This document shows, in pieces, positions 1 to 8,531 of a stretch of 64,000 nucleotides of DNA (position 1 is its first letter; each line of letters begins with the position of its first letter). Source of the stretch: Candidatus Bathyarchaeota archaeon. Lineage in GTDB: Archaea; Thermoproteota; Bathyarchaeia; 40CM-2-53-6. Position numbers and translations under genes: made by a program. The notes beneath the pieces are model-generated. The model saw only the letters and a program-made list of their open reading frames with translations. It did no database searches and was not told where the DNA came from. The stretch is taken from contig CAVTBR010000002.1 of the NCBI GenBank assembly GCA_963733055.1, positions 64,001 to 128,000 on the forward strand, written 5' to 3'.

Positions 1-2
1 TT

Positions 3-98
3 CTGGGGAACCCATATTTCCGCGGTGTGGGTGTTGGCTTACTGATTGCTTGGGTTACGGGTGCCTTAGCATATTTTGTCGTGCGGAAGAAGGCTTGA
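3..98 (+). CDS. 3' end of a membrane protein (partial, runs off window start)
   Basis: Hand translation: LGNPYFRGVGVGLLIAWVTGALAYFVVRKKA-stop, a TM helix with a basic tail. Confidence 0.55.
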   Translation: MGNPYFRGVGVGLLIAWVTGALAYFVVRKKA

Positions 99-101
99 AA
101 G

Positions 102-302
102 ATGAAGTTAGGCCCATACGGTTACAGACATCTCCTTGCGAGGACGCTTGCAATTGTCGCTATAGTGAATGCGATCATCTTGATTCGTATGTGGTACTTC
201 TACCTGACGTGGCAAATAGTCTTCGGAATAACAGTGATGGAGTTGCTTGCAATGTTTCTAAATGTGCAATTTTGGTGGAGTCATAGGGATAAAATCTCCT
301 GA
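102..302 (+). CDS. Small two-TM hypothetical membrane protein
   Basis: 66 aa hydrophobic ORF 3 nt after the previous stop; resembles the ORF at 1247-1465. Confidence 0.6.
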   Translation: MKLGPYGYRHLLARTLAIVAIVNAIILIRMWYFYLTWQIVFGITVMELLAMFLNVQFWWSHRDKIS

Positions 303-436
303 CGGACACATACATCTATCTTGGTGATGAATTGTGTTCTCGCGACTCTACGACCTGCGAAAGCCCACTCTACGAAATTTTATTGTAAGGTATTGTGTCG
401 GATTGACTTTTGTTGCAGGCGTATCCGCGCTCGATT

Positions 437-589
437 GTGTACGCGAATCAAGGATGGACTTGGCCTACGGAGATTAACGGAGTTACCTTGGGTCTGCCTG
501 AGTTTCTAGCCGTCATAGTACTCGTTACACTACCCGTTGCCATATGTATTGACGTGTGGAGAAGCTGGAATCCAACCAAACGAAAGTAA
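437..589 (+). CDS. Small hypothetical membrane protein (possibly frameshifted, may begin near 321)
   Basis: Hand translation VYANQGWTWPTEINGVTLGLPEFLAVIVLVTLPVAICIDVWRSWNPTKRK; a further hydrophobic stretch lies upstream in another frame. Confidence 0.35.
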   Translation: MYANQGWTWPTEINGVTLGLPEFLAVIVLVTLPVAICIDVWRSWNPTKRK

Positions 590-645
590 ACAGTCCCAAG
601 CACCAAACGACAACGACGCGTTACCCTAAGTAGATAATAACTTGA

Positions 646-673
646 CAGTTCCCTAAGAAGACTTAGTTAAATG
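646..673. other. dif-like imperfect inverted repeat (candidate Xer-family recombination site)
   Basis: CAGTTCCCTAA-GAAGAC-TTAGTTAAATG has TAA-N6-TTA geometry; right arm resembles the XerD arm TTATGTTAAAT. Confidence 0.3.
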
Positions 674-711
674 GGTTAGTTACGTGAGGTAATGACGGAA
701 ATGGGATCTGC

Positions 712-966
712 TTAGCCGCCGCCTACTGGTGGCAGGAGCGTGACTCGGTCCCCATCTTTCAATTCCTCGTTCTCCTTTGCCCAGCGGCCGTTAACGAGAA
801 GTTTGAGCGTCTCCTTCAGCTCGGAGAGTTTAGGGTGAGCCGTCATAGCCTGAGAAACCGCTTGTTCAATCTTCGCGGGTTCAGGCAGAACGAACTCTTC
901 TTCCTTTGTACCGACGGCCTCGCGGGCTGCGCCGAGGTAGACAAGTGCGACTTTCACGTTACTCAA
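712..966 (-). CDS. moaD: MoaD/ThiS-family sulfur carrier (SAMP-like ubiquitin fold)
   Basis: 84 aa; LVNG...LKDGDRVTLLPPVGGG with C-terminal di-glycine. Confidence 0.92.
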   Translation of the reverse strand: MSNVKVALVYLGAAREAVGTKEEEFVLPEPAKIEQAVSQAMTAHPKLSELKETLKLLVNGRWAKENEELKDGDRVTLLPPVGGG

Positions 967-994
967 TGGGATCTGAAACGGTTGTTCGAGTGAA

Positions 995-1567
995 GCGACA
1001 CTAAAATCTTATGTTGAATTGAACGTTCGATTCACAAGCCCCTTTTTCTTCTCCCATGAATTGTGCACTCACTCCGAGCAGCCACCGAGAAGGCTAATCA
1101 TCCCAGCGGAAATCATGGTGACCGTCACCCTCACGCGGACCCACCCATCAATAGGTCCACCGGTAATTTTTCGGGTGGTGGATTGCCATGCGATGTACCC
1201 AAGACTAACTCAATCAGACAAGTCGCAAGAAACCGAAACTAGGTGGCTAACTGCGCTCGTTGCGCTGATACTTCCACCAAAAGAGTAGGTTCACTGTAAG
1301 GGCGAAGAGGGTAACCGTAGTTGCCAGTACGGTAAATTCGGCAAATTGCTATGCTACAGTTACAACTTGGGGATTCAAGAAGAGATTGTAGAAAATTACC
1401 GCATTTGCAAGGCTGATTACGAGAACTACCCGCAAGAATAGATGTTGCTTGCTCGTGAATCCCATCACATTTCCCTCACTTTGCTTCAGCAAGCGATTCT
1501 GGTAAGCAATGTTTGGCTCTGTTAACATTTCGAGACGGGCAGTGCGGCGCTAAAATCTTATGCTGAA
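995..1567. repeat. 24-bp direct repeat pair (995-1018 and 1544-1567)
   Basis: GCGACACTAAAATCTTATGTTGAA vs GCGGCGCTAAAATCTTATGCTGAA, 21/24 identical. Confidence 0.7.
1247..1465 (-). pseudogene. Small two-TM membrane protein interrupted by an in-frame TAG (paralog of 102-302)
   Basis: MGFTSKQHLFLRVVLVISLANAVIFYNLFLNPQVVTVA*QFAEFTVLATTVTLFALTVNLLFWWKYQRNERS; the TAG (1349-1351) aligns with Trp of the paralog. Confidence 0.55.
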
Positions 1568-1655
1568 GAGAATTGATGGTGGGTTCAGCAATATTCCCGC
1601 TTGAAGTGTTCTAAGCCGTTTTCTGATGAACACTTCGCCGCCGAGAAGCCGCAAA

Positions 1656-1946
1656 TCAGCGTGTATAGACGATGCTTCTGTGACCTACGGCTCGAAGAGT
1701 GATGGTCTGGCTGCCTTCTTCAATGCTGTAGATTACTCTGAACTCACCGACTCTTAATGACCAGAGACCTTCTAGCTGTCCGCGGAGTATCTTACCCGAG
1801 CGTGGCTCCTCTTTGAGAATCTCAATTGATTGCAGAATGCGTCTATTGGACATGCGGTCGAGTTTGCGCAAATCCTTGAGAAAGCTATTGGTGGAGATTA
1901 GGCTATAGTTTTCCTTGTCTTCTGAGTTTCTGCTTGAGTTGTGCAA
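1656..1946 (-). CDS. RelE/ParE-family type II toxin
   Basis: FLKDLRKLD...GKILRGQLEGLWSLRVGEFRVIYSI...VGHR is a typical RelE pattern. Confidence 0.9.
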   Translation of the reverse strand: MHNSSRNSEDKENYSLISTNSFLKDLRKLDRMSNRRILQSIEILKEEPRSGKILRGQLEGLWSLRVGEFRVIYSIEEGSQTITLRAVGHRSIVYTR

Positions 1947-2109
1947 CGGGGTAGACCTTGCCGGCTTTTGTGTCTCTTCGGGACTGCAGGATTGATCTCA
2001 TTAGCGCCTTGTCTCTGAGTACCTCTTCGGTCTCAAGTAGTTCCTCGAGAATATTTCTTGTCTTAAGCAGCAACTGCCGATCCTGCTGGGTTAGGAGCGA
2101 CTTCGCCAA
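1903..2109 (-). CDS. Cognate antitoxin (RelB/Phd-like C-terminal region)
   Basis: Upstream of and overlapping the toxin; LLETEEVLRDKALMRSILQSRRDTKAGKV pattern. Confidence 0.8.
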   Translation of the reverse strand: MAKSLLTQQDRQLLLKTRNILEELLETEEVLRDKALMRSILQSRRDTKAGKVYPVAQLKQKLRRQGKL

Positions 2110-2320
2110 GATGACAACCTCGATAGACCCATTATCCTAGGTCGTATTTTAGAACGATGACAGCGACTCTAGCAAGAATGTCACTATGACCGCCACCCTC
2201 GCGATAACCCACTTGGGGCGGCTGCATCGTGTCAGCCTGTTACCGTCAGCTGAAGCTCCGCTACAGGCGTGGATTATGGACATAATCCCGCGGGAACAGG
2301 TACATATTCTGCGAGCAGGG

Positions 2321-4249
2321 TTAGTTGGGGAGCTTGTGCATCCGCTCGAGCTGGTCCGCTACGTCCCTGAGCCCGACGGCGTCAAGTTTGGCTCGTGTAG
2401 GCATCCCGCTTTTCTTGTCCCAGCCGCGGAGTTCGTAGTAGTTGTCGAGCATAGTGTCGAGTATGTCTTGGCCGAAGGGTTTGCCAGCGAACGCTCCGTC
2501 AGGGAGCGGCTCCATGAGCCTTTTTGGCAGGGTGTCGTCCTTCCTAGTTAGGCCCTCTCGTGCGTTAAAGGCTCTCGAAAGGTCGATCGCTCTTTCGCCG
2601 GCTTGCATGTACTCCTTCATGGTCATGTCCCAGCCCGTCGCGGCATTCAATATTCCTAGTAGGGTGGAGTGTTCGATTCCCCCTCCGGGGTATATGTCGA
2701 ATACGCATACGACGAGGCTGTTGCACATCGACCAGAGATCGGCCAGAATCTTCGCGAGCTTCGTCTTGCTCGGCCCATAATCCAGCAGGGTACGATTGGG
2801 CAGCTCTGAGGCTACCATCCCAAGTTCCGGTTTGAGGTAAGTATCGGCCTCCCAGTAGTCGTCATGTTCCCATTCCATGTGGCAAGCTCCACGATCTGCC
2901 ACTGCATACATCAAGCCCACGTTCCGTTTACCGCGGTGCTCGTGCATCGGTACCTCGCGGCCTTTCACGTGGATTGCGAAATCTTCTGCGCCTTTTCCTA
3001 ACTTTTGTGCAGCCCTCCAAACACCTTCGCCCAAGAGGTCTCCGATGCCTTCTCGGTTTCCGATTAGCTCAACCAGTTTGATAATGGCGTCGGGGCTTCC
3101 CCACTTGATCTCAAGCCCTCCGGTCTGCTCCTTCGTGATAATTCCCTTCTCGTACGCTTCCATAGCGAAGCCAACGACGACCCCAGTGGAGATTGTATCC
3201 ATACCGTACAGGTTGCAGAGTTGGTTTGCCTTTGCAACTGCGTACATGTCGCTGTTCAAGCAATAAGAGCCGAACGCGGTTGAGGTTTCGTACTCCTGGC
3301 CGCCAACCTCCTTGTCGAGTTGGTATGGTTCCTTCCCGTCAACAACCCGTTTGCAGTTTGTCGAGCATGCCCAGCACGTGTCTCTCCCGACCAACAATCC
3401 GCTACTAACCATCGTTTCCCCGGTGAGTTTATCCGCTCCTTCGAAAGTTCCTCGCGAAAAGTTCTTTGTCGGAAGCCTTCCCGAGGCGTTCAAGTCGTCC
3501 GTGTCCCCATTCGTACCGTAATCGCGGAGCGGTTTTATGTACGGACCTTTCTTAACTTCAGACACGCATTGTCTCACATACTCATTCAGCTTCTTATCGT
3601 CATGTACGGGGACCTTCTGGCTTCCCTTGCAACCCCAAGCTTTCAGTTTCTTCGATCCCATAACCGCGCCCATGCCCGATCGGCCGGCCGCTTCGCGTAG
3701 GTCGTTCATGATTGCGGCGAAGCGCACTTTCTTCTCGCCTGCCTGGCCAATCGTGGCGACGCTTGTCTGCCGCTTGTCCGTGTCACCTAACTCTTTCTTG
3801 ATTCCATTCTCAGCCTCCTCGGTGGACTTTCCCCAGTATTTCGATGCGTCTCGAAGCTCGGCTTTTCCTTCGTTCACATAGAGCCAGACCGGGTTCTTTG
3901 AAACTCCTTCAATTATGAAAGCGTCGAAACCAGCCTGCTTGATCTTCGGGGACATGTACCCGCCACTATATGATTCGCCCCATCCTATCCCGAGTGGAGA
4001 CTTGGCGCAGATGCTGAATCGGCTGTTCCCCGAGAAGGGAATAGCTCCCATTGGGCCTGATGCAATGACCATCTTGTTGTCTGGTCCGAGGGGGTCAATT
4101 CCCGGTTTGAGTTCGTCAAACAGAATCTTCGCGGATAGTCCTCTGCCGCCGATATACTTCCGTGCGACATCGTCTCGCAGGGGTTCGGCGGTAATCTTTC
4201 CGGTTGAGAGGTTGACTCGAAGAATCTTACCCATGTATCCTTTCGGCAT
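2321..4249 (-). CDS. aor: Aldehyde:ferredoxin oxidoreductase (tungstopterin AOR family)
   Basis: GYMGKILRVNLS, AKSPL, AAGRSGMGAVMGSKKLK, CWACSTNC, GMDTIS and RGACH motifs. Confidence 0.95.
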   Translation of the reverse strand: MPKGYMGKILRVNLSTGKITAEPLRDDVARKYIGGRGLSAKILFDELKPGIDPLGPDNKMVIASGPMGAIPFSGNSRFSICAKSPLGIGWGESYSGGYMSPKIKQAGFDAFIIEGVSKNPVWLYVNEGKAELRDASKYWGKSTEEAENGIKKELGDTDKRQTSVATIGQAGEKKVRFAAIMNDLREAAGRSGMGAVMGSKKLKAWGCKGSQKVPVHDDKKLNEYVRQCVSEVKKGPYIKPLRDYGTNGDTDDLNASGRLPTKNFSRGTFEGADKLTGETMVSSGLLVGRDTCWACSTNCKRVVDGKEPYQLDKEVGGQEYETSTAFGSYCLNSDMYAVAKANQLCNLYGMDTISTGVVVGFAMEAYEKGIITKEQTGGLEIKWGSPDAIIKLVELIGNREGIGDLLGEGVWRAAQKLGKGAEDFAIHVKGREVPMHEHRGKRNVGLMYAVADRGACHMEWEHDDYWEADTYLKPELGMVASELPNRTLLDYGPSKTKLAKILADLWSMCNSLVVCVFDIYPGGGIEHSTLLGILNAATGWDMTMKEYMQAGERAIDLSRAFNAREGLTRKDDTLPKRLMEPLPDGAFAGKPFGQDILDTMLDNYYELRGWDKKSGMPTRAKLDAVGLRDVADQLERMHKLPN

Positions 4250-4379
4250 AGGTTACACTCAGTAATCAAATGCAGTGATTCTTCTATTATAACTCTCTCT
4301 GCCCCAACCAGGTTCCATAAGATCTCCATGGATACTGGACCGCTGTTGGCCCTTACACCGTAGCTCGGTTTACCGTTTC

Positions 4380-5138
4380 CTATTTGACGCGGCTGAAGAT
4401 CGCGGTTCCGATGCAGATCATGCCAAGGTCGAAGGCGACAAGAACTAAGAGATCATAGTATAATGGGTAGATTGGTACCCAAGCAGATTTGAGAACCATA
4501 ACCCTCAGCGCGTCGACGCCGTAGGTCAATGGATCGACTACACTTACCCATCGTAGCCACTGGGGTACGTATGTGAGGGGAAAGAGGGCTCCGCTTAAGA
4601 AGAAAAGTGGCAGGTTGACGAAAGTCTGTATCACGCCGAAGCTTTCCAAGCTTCCCATCAACGAAGCCAACGTCAGCCCAATTGATACTAGCCCGAACGT
4701 AATCAGCAACATCACTGGGAGGGATAAGAGGAAGGATTCGGGGTCGAATCTGATTCCGACTATGAAGCTGAAGACGAAAACGAAACTGCCTTGCATTACC
4801 GCGTCGGTGCTGCCGCCCAGCATTTTGCCGACGAAGACTGATATTCTTGAGATTGGTGCGACTAGAATCTCTTTCATGAAGCCGAATTCTCGGTCCCAGA
4901 TTACCGATATGCCCATGAACATTGAGGTGAACAAGAGGGTTTGGCCGACGATGCCTGGGAAGATGAATTGTTGGTAATCGATCCCCACCAACCCCGCGGC
5001 GGCGAATCGCATTCCGGACCCGAAGATGACGAGCCAGAGTAGTGGTTGGATGAAGGAGCTGATTAGCCTAGTCTTCTCTCGAGCGTATCGTTTTACTTCT
5101 CTAAGCCATAGGGTGTAGATGCCACGTAATTCACTCAT
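4380..5138 (-). CDS. ABC-2 type exporter permease (DrrB-like)
   Basis: Six TM segments; DREFGFMKEILVAP, FLSGALFP and DPLTYGVDALR motifs. Confidence 0.92.
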   Translation of the reverse strand: MSELRGIYTLWLREVKRYAREKTRLISSFIQPLLWLVIFGSGMRFAAAGLVGIDYQQFIFPGIVGQTLLFTSMFMGISVIWDREFGFMKEILVAPISRISVFVGKMLGGSTDAVMQGSFVFVFSFIVGIRFDPESFLLSLPVMLLITFGLVSIGLTLASLMGSLESFGVIQTFVNLPLFFLSGALFPLTYVPQWLRWVSVVDPLTYGVDALRVMVLKSAWVPIYPLYYDLLVLVAFDLGMICIGTAIFSRVK

Positions 5139-6124
5139 TTGATGCCCATCCTTCTGATTTGGTCAAGTCCGTGGTATCCGTCGGAGCCTTCTGATCGCAT
5201 CTCTTTGCCCGTGTAATGCAGAAACACGTCGTCCAACGTCGGCTCATGGATTGACATGGACTCGATGCGTATTCCAGCTTTAGCGGCGGCTTCGACTATT
5301 CGCGGCAGAACCGTCTCTCCATCCCGCACCACCAATTTCAACGCCCCATCTTCCTCCTTCACTTCCTTCGCAAGCTTCAGCTCTCCCAAGATCTCAGAGA
5401 GCTCATTGACTGAGCTGGATTTCACGGTGATTATGTCTCCTTCGAGTTTGTCCTTAAGCCGTTCAGGTTCGTCTAGTGCGATGATCTTGCCCTGGTCTAT
5501 GATTGCGATGCGGTCGCAAAGGCGATCAGCTTCTTCCATGTAGTGGGTTGTGAGTATCGTTGTTATGCTCTCTCGTTTGCTCAACTCGGCGACATACTTC
5601 CAGATGTGTTCTCTCGTTTGCGGGTCGAGGCCGATTGTCGGTTCGTCCAGGAAGAGTACCTTAGGGTAGTGGATTAGCCCCCTCGCGATTTCTAACCGCC
5701 GGCGCATGCCTCCCGAATATGTTCTCATTAGTGCGTCGGCTCGCTGCTCAAGCTCCACGAGTTCGAGCACCTCGTTAATCCGTTTCTTCTGATCCGCGCG
5801 GGGCACGCCGTAGAGGTCTGCGTGCATCTCCAAGTTCTCCCGGCCCGTCAATCTGTCATCGATGCTTGGCTCTTGGAATACGATGCCGATCGACCGTCTA
5901 ACCTTCGATGCGTTCCTGGTTACGTCAAAGCCGTTCACGATCGCGGTTCCTTCGGTTGGTTTGAGGATTGTGCAAAGGATGGAGATTGTGGTGGTCTTGC
6001 CTGCTCCGTTCGGTCCCAGAAGCCCGAAGACCTCGCCCTGGTTGACGCTAAAGTCCACGTTGTCAACGGCTCTAAGTTCGCCGAAGACCTTGGTCAACTT
6101 CCTGACTTGTATTGCCTCATCCAA
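5135..6124 (-). CDS. ABC exporter ATP-binding protein (DrrA-like)
   Basis: Walker A GPNGAGKTT, signature YSGGMRRR, Walker B LFLDEP. Confidence 0.95.
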   Translation of the reverse strand: MDEAIQVRKLTKVFGELRAVDNVDFSVNQGEVFGLLGPNGAGKTTTISILCTILKPTEGTAIVNGFDVTRNASKVRRSIGIVFQEPSIDDRLTGRENLEMHADLYGVPRADQKKRINEVLELVELEQRADALMRTYSGGMRRRLEIARGLIHYPKVLFLDEPTIGLDPQTREHIWKYVAELSKRESITTILTTHYMEEADRLCDRIAIIDQGKIIALDEPERLKDKLEGDIITVKSSSVNELSEILGELKLAKEVKEEDGALKLVVRDGETVLPRIVEAAAKAGIRIESMSIHEPTLDDVFLHYTGKEMRSEGSDGYHGLDQIRRMGIK

Positions 6125-6235
6125 GTGAACGGTCGCCTCGCGTCATCCACCTGTGCAAAGGGGCTTCGGTATGAACTCAACGGATGGGCCGAAAATCTGA
6201 AATTAGCTAAACCACATCTAACAAGTGGCGGAATC

Positions 6236-6412
6236 ATGGTCAACTACGTCTACCTAGCAGCCATCCTGACCGTCGCCTGGGTCCTCTACGCCGCCTTCCG
6301 CGTCGCACCAACCTTAGCCAAACGCTGGAAGGCGTGGGGAGAAGTAGGAGCCCTCCTTGTCTTCACAATAATCGAACTGGGAATCCTCGTCGCCTTCCTG
6401 AAACCATCCTAG
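6236..6412 (+). CDS. Small two-TM hypothetical membrane protein (58 aa)
   Basis: MVNYVYLAAILTVAWVLYAAF...ALLVFTIIELGILVAFLKPS; the non-overlapping tail of a longer shadow ORF. Confidence 0.6.
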   Translation: MVNYVYLAAILTVAWVLYAAFRVAPTLAKRWKAWGEVGALLVFTIIELGILVAFLKPS

Positions 6413-6571
6413 ATCGGCCGATTGGCTACAATCTCAACCCGCAACCGAGCCGAACTGCGCGCCATAGAAAACTATGCCCCCCCAGGGGTCGCAGGTAGAA
6501 AAAGAAACATACGGGAACGCTTCCAACCATTTAGAGAACCATTTATCCTCAAGGCAGCTAACCTGGCGAAT

Positions 6572-7537
6572 ATGCAATACGCTCGTTTAGGGAAAGCCGG
6601 AGTCAAAGTTTCACGAATCTGTATCGGCTGCATGTCGTTCGGCAACGAGAAACCTTGGCAACTAGAACTCGATAAGGCTCGTCCCATCGTAAAACGCGCC
6701 ATCGAACTAGGCATCAACTTCTTCGACACCGCCAACTATTACTCAGGAGGCCGATCCGAAGAGATAACGGGCGAACTGCTGAAACAAAACCGGGACGACG
6801 TAGTACTAGCCACGAAAGTCTACTTCCCAATGGGCGAAAAGCCGAACCAGCACGGACTCTCACGATATCATATACTCGCACAAATCGACGAATCCCTCAA
6901 ACGACTCCAAACGAACCACGTAGACCTGTACCAGATTCATAGGTGGGATTACGAGACACCGATCGAAGAAACCCTCCGCACCCTCGACGACTTAATCCAC
7001 CAAGGAAAAGTGCGCTACATTGGGGCTTCAAGCATGTGGGCGTGGCAGTTCGCAAAAGCGCTCTCAACAAGCGACCGACTCGGTCTGGAAAGGTTCGTGA
7101 GCATGCAGAACCACTACAACTTATGCTACCGGGAAGAGGAACGCGAAATGAATGCCCTCTGCAAAGAGGAGGGTGTAGGACTCCTACCCTGGAGCCCTCT
7201 AGGGAAGGGGTTCTTGTCGGGCAAATACAAGCGGGGGCAGAGTTCGGACGCGGTGCGGTACAAGTCAGACGAACTTCTCACCACACGTTTCTTCCGACCC
7301 GAAGACTTTGACGTCCTAGAAAACGCGGCAGCGATTGCTCAGGAAAAAGGCGTTTCCGTGGCTCAAGTGGCTATTTCCTGGCTACTCCACAAAGGCGTGA
7401 CCGCGCCGATCGTCGGGGTCTCGAAAATCGAACATGTGGAGGAGGCTGTGCAGGCGGTCGAACTCCAGTTGAGCAAGGATGACATGGCGAGGCTTGAGGA
7501 GCCGTACAAACCTCACCGGGTCCTGGGTCACGAATAG
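6572..7537 (+). CDS. Aldo/keto reductase
   Basis: MQYARLGKAGVKVSRICIG, FFDTANYY, DLYQIHRWD and LPWSPL motifs. Confidence 0.95.
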   Translation: MQYARLGKAGVKVSRICIGCMSFGNEKPWQLELDKARPIVKRAIELGINFFDTANYYSGGRSEEITGELLKQNRDDVVLATKVYFPMGEKPNQHGLSRYHILAQIDESLKRLQTNHVDLYQIHRWDYETPIEETLRTLDDLIHQGKVRYIGASSMWAWQFAKALSTSDRLGLERFVSMQNHYNLCYREEEREMNALCKEEGVGLLPWSPLGKGFLSGKYKRGQSSDAVRYKSDELLTTRFFRPEDFDVLENAAAIAQEKGVSVAQVAISWLLHKGVTAPIVGVSKIEHVEEAVQAVELQLSKDDMARLEEPYKPHRVLGHE

Positions 7538-7549
7538 TTTGTGAGGGCC

Positions 7550-8509
7550 CTAGGGTATCAGAACTATCTTTCCGTAAGCACCCGAGCTTAGGATATCCTC
7601 ATGCGCCTTGGGCGCCTCTGCCAACGGCATCTCCCTGCCCACCACGGGCCTGAGGGAGCCATTCTCTAATCCCGCGAAGAGAGCGCTGTGAATTGACTTC
7701 AAATCCCGTTCGCCAGCATTGGACAAGAGCATACCTAGGACCACGGCATCACGGATCATAGTCTCGCGCGGGTCAATCTCAACCGGGCCTCTACTCCCAA
7801 CAACCACTACACGCCCTCCAGGAGCGAGAATTTTCAGATCTCTTCCCAAGTTCAGGTTTGCCAGCATCTCCAAGACAATATCCACTCCTCTCCCGTCAGT
7901 TAGCGCTAAAGCCTGATCAAAATGGTCAGGAGCCTTGTGGTCCAGCGCGAAGTGCGCACCTTCGCGTAGCACGAGTTCAATTCCCTTCGGTGATCCAGCG
8001 GTCCCTAACACTCGCAACCCTGCGGCACGTGCGATCTGAACCGCTGCAATTCCAACTCCCCCACTCGCGCCATGAACAAGAACAACTTCCCCGGCGGCCG
8101 CATGTGCCCGTTGACAGAGAGCCCGGTAAGCGGTGGCGTAGGGAACATTGATCGCTGCGCCCTGAGTAAAGCTCAGTTTTGATGGCAGTTCGTGTACATC
8201 CGTCCCCTTGCAAAGTGCCTTCTCAGCATAAGTGCCACTCACCGACCCTGAAACGTACACGTGAGTCCCAACTTTCAACGTCACATTCTTGCCTACAGAT
8301 TCAACCACGCCTCCCGCGTCACTACCAGGAGTATAAGGCAAGGACGGTTTTCGTGCATAAGCGCCCGCACGAACATACGCATCAACCGGGTTCACACCAG
8401 CCGCGCGAATGCTGACAACAACTTCTCCATCCCCGGCCTCTGGGTCTCCAACCTCTTCGAGCCGCATTACTTCCGGAGGACCGAACTCGTGAACTCGGAT
8501 GGCTTTCAC
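7550..8509 (-). CDS. NADPH:quinone reductase (zeta-crystallin/MDR family)
   Basis: AAGVNPVD, PYTPGSD, VHGASGGVG and GKIVL motifs. Confidence 0.93.
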   Translation of the reverse strand: MKAIRVHEFGPPEVMRLEEVGDPEAGDGEVVVSIRAAGVNPVDAYVRAGAYARKPSLPYTPGSDAGGVVESVGKNVTLKVGTHVYVSGSVSGTYAEKALCKGTDVHELPSKLSFTQGAAINVPYATAYRALCQRAHAAAGEVVLVHGASGGVGIAAVQIARAAGLRVLGTAGSPKGIELVLREGAHFALDHKAPDHFDQALALTDGRGVDIVLEMLANLNLGRDLKILAPGGRVVVVGSRGPVEIDPRETMIRDAVVLGMLLSNAGERDLKSIHSALFAGLENGSLRPVVGREMPLAEAPKAHEDILSSGAYGKIVLIP

Positions 8510-8531
8510 AACTCTCCCCTCTCAACCCACA

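Noticed and set aside
1349-1351. Amber (TAG) recoding or pyrrolysine, suggested by in-frame TAGs here and in a weak minus-strand ORF near 15740
   Set aside because: Many clear genes end in TAG at the expected C-terminus (7550, 17471, 27173, 52393), no pyl genes are in the window, and the sequence is error-prone
985-1655. Integron attC sites around the small ORFs and TA pair
   Set aside because: Hairpins are present, but there are no paired RYYYAAC/GTTRRRY boxes and no integrase
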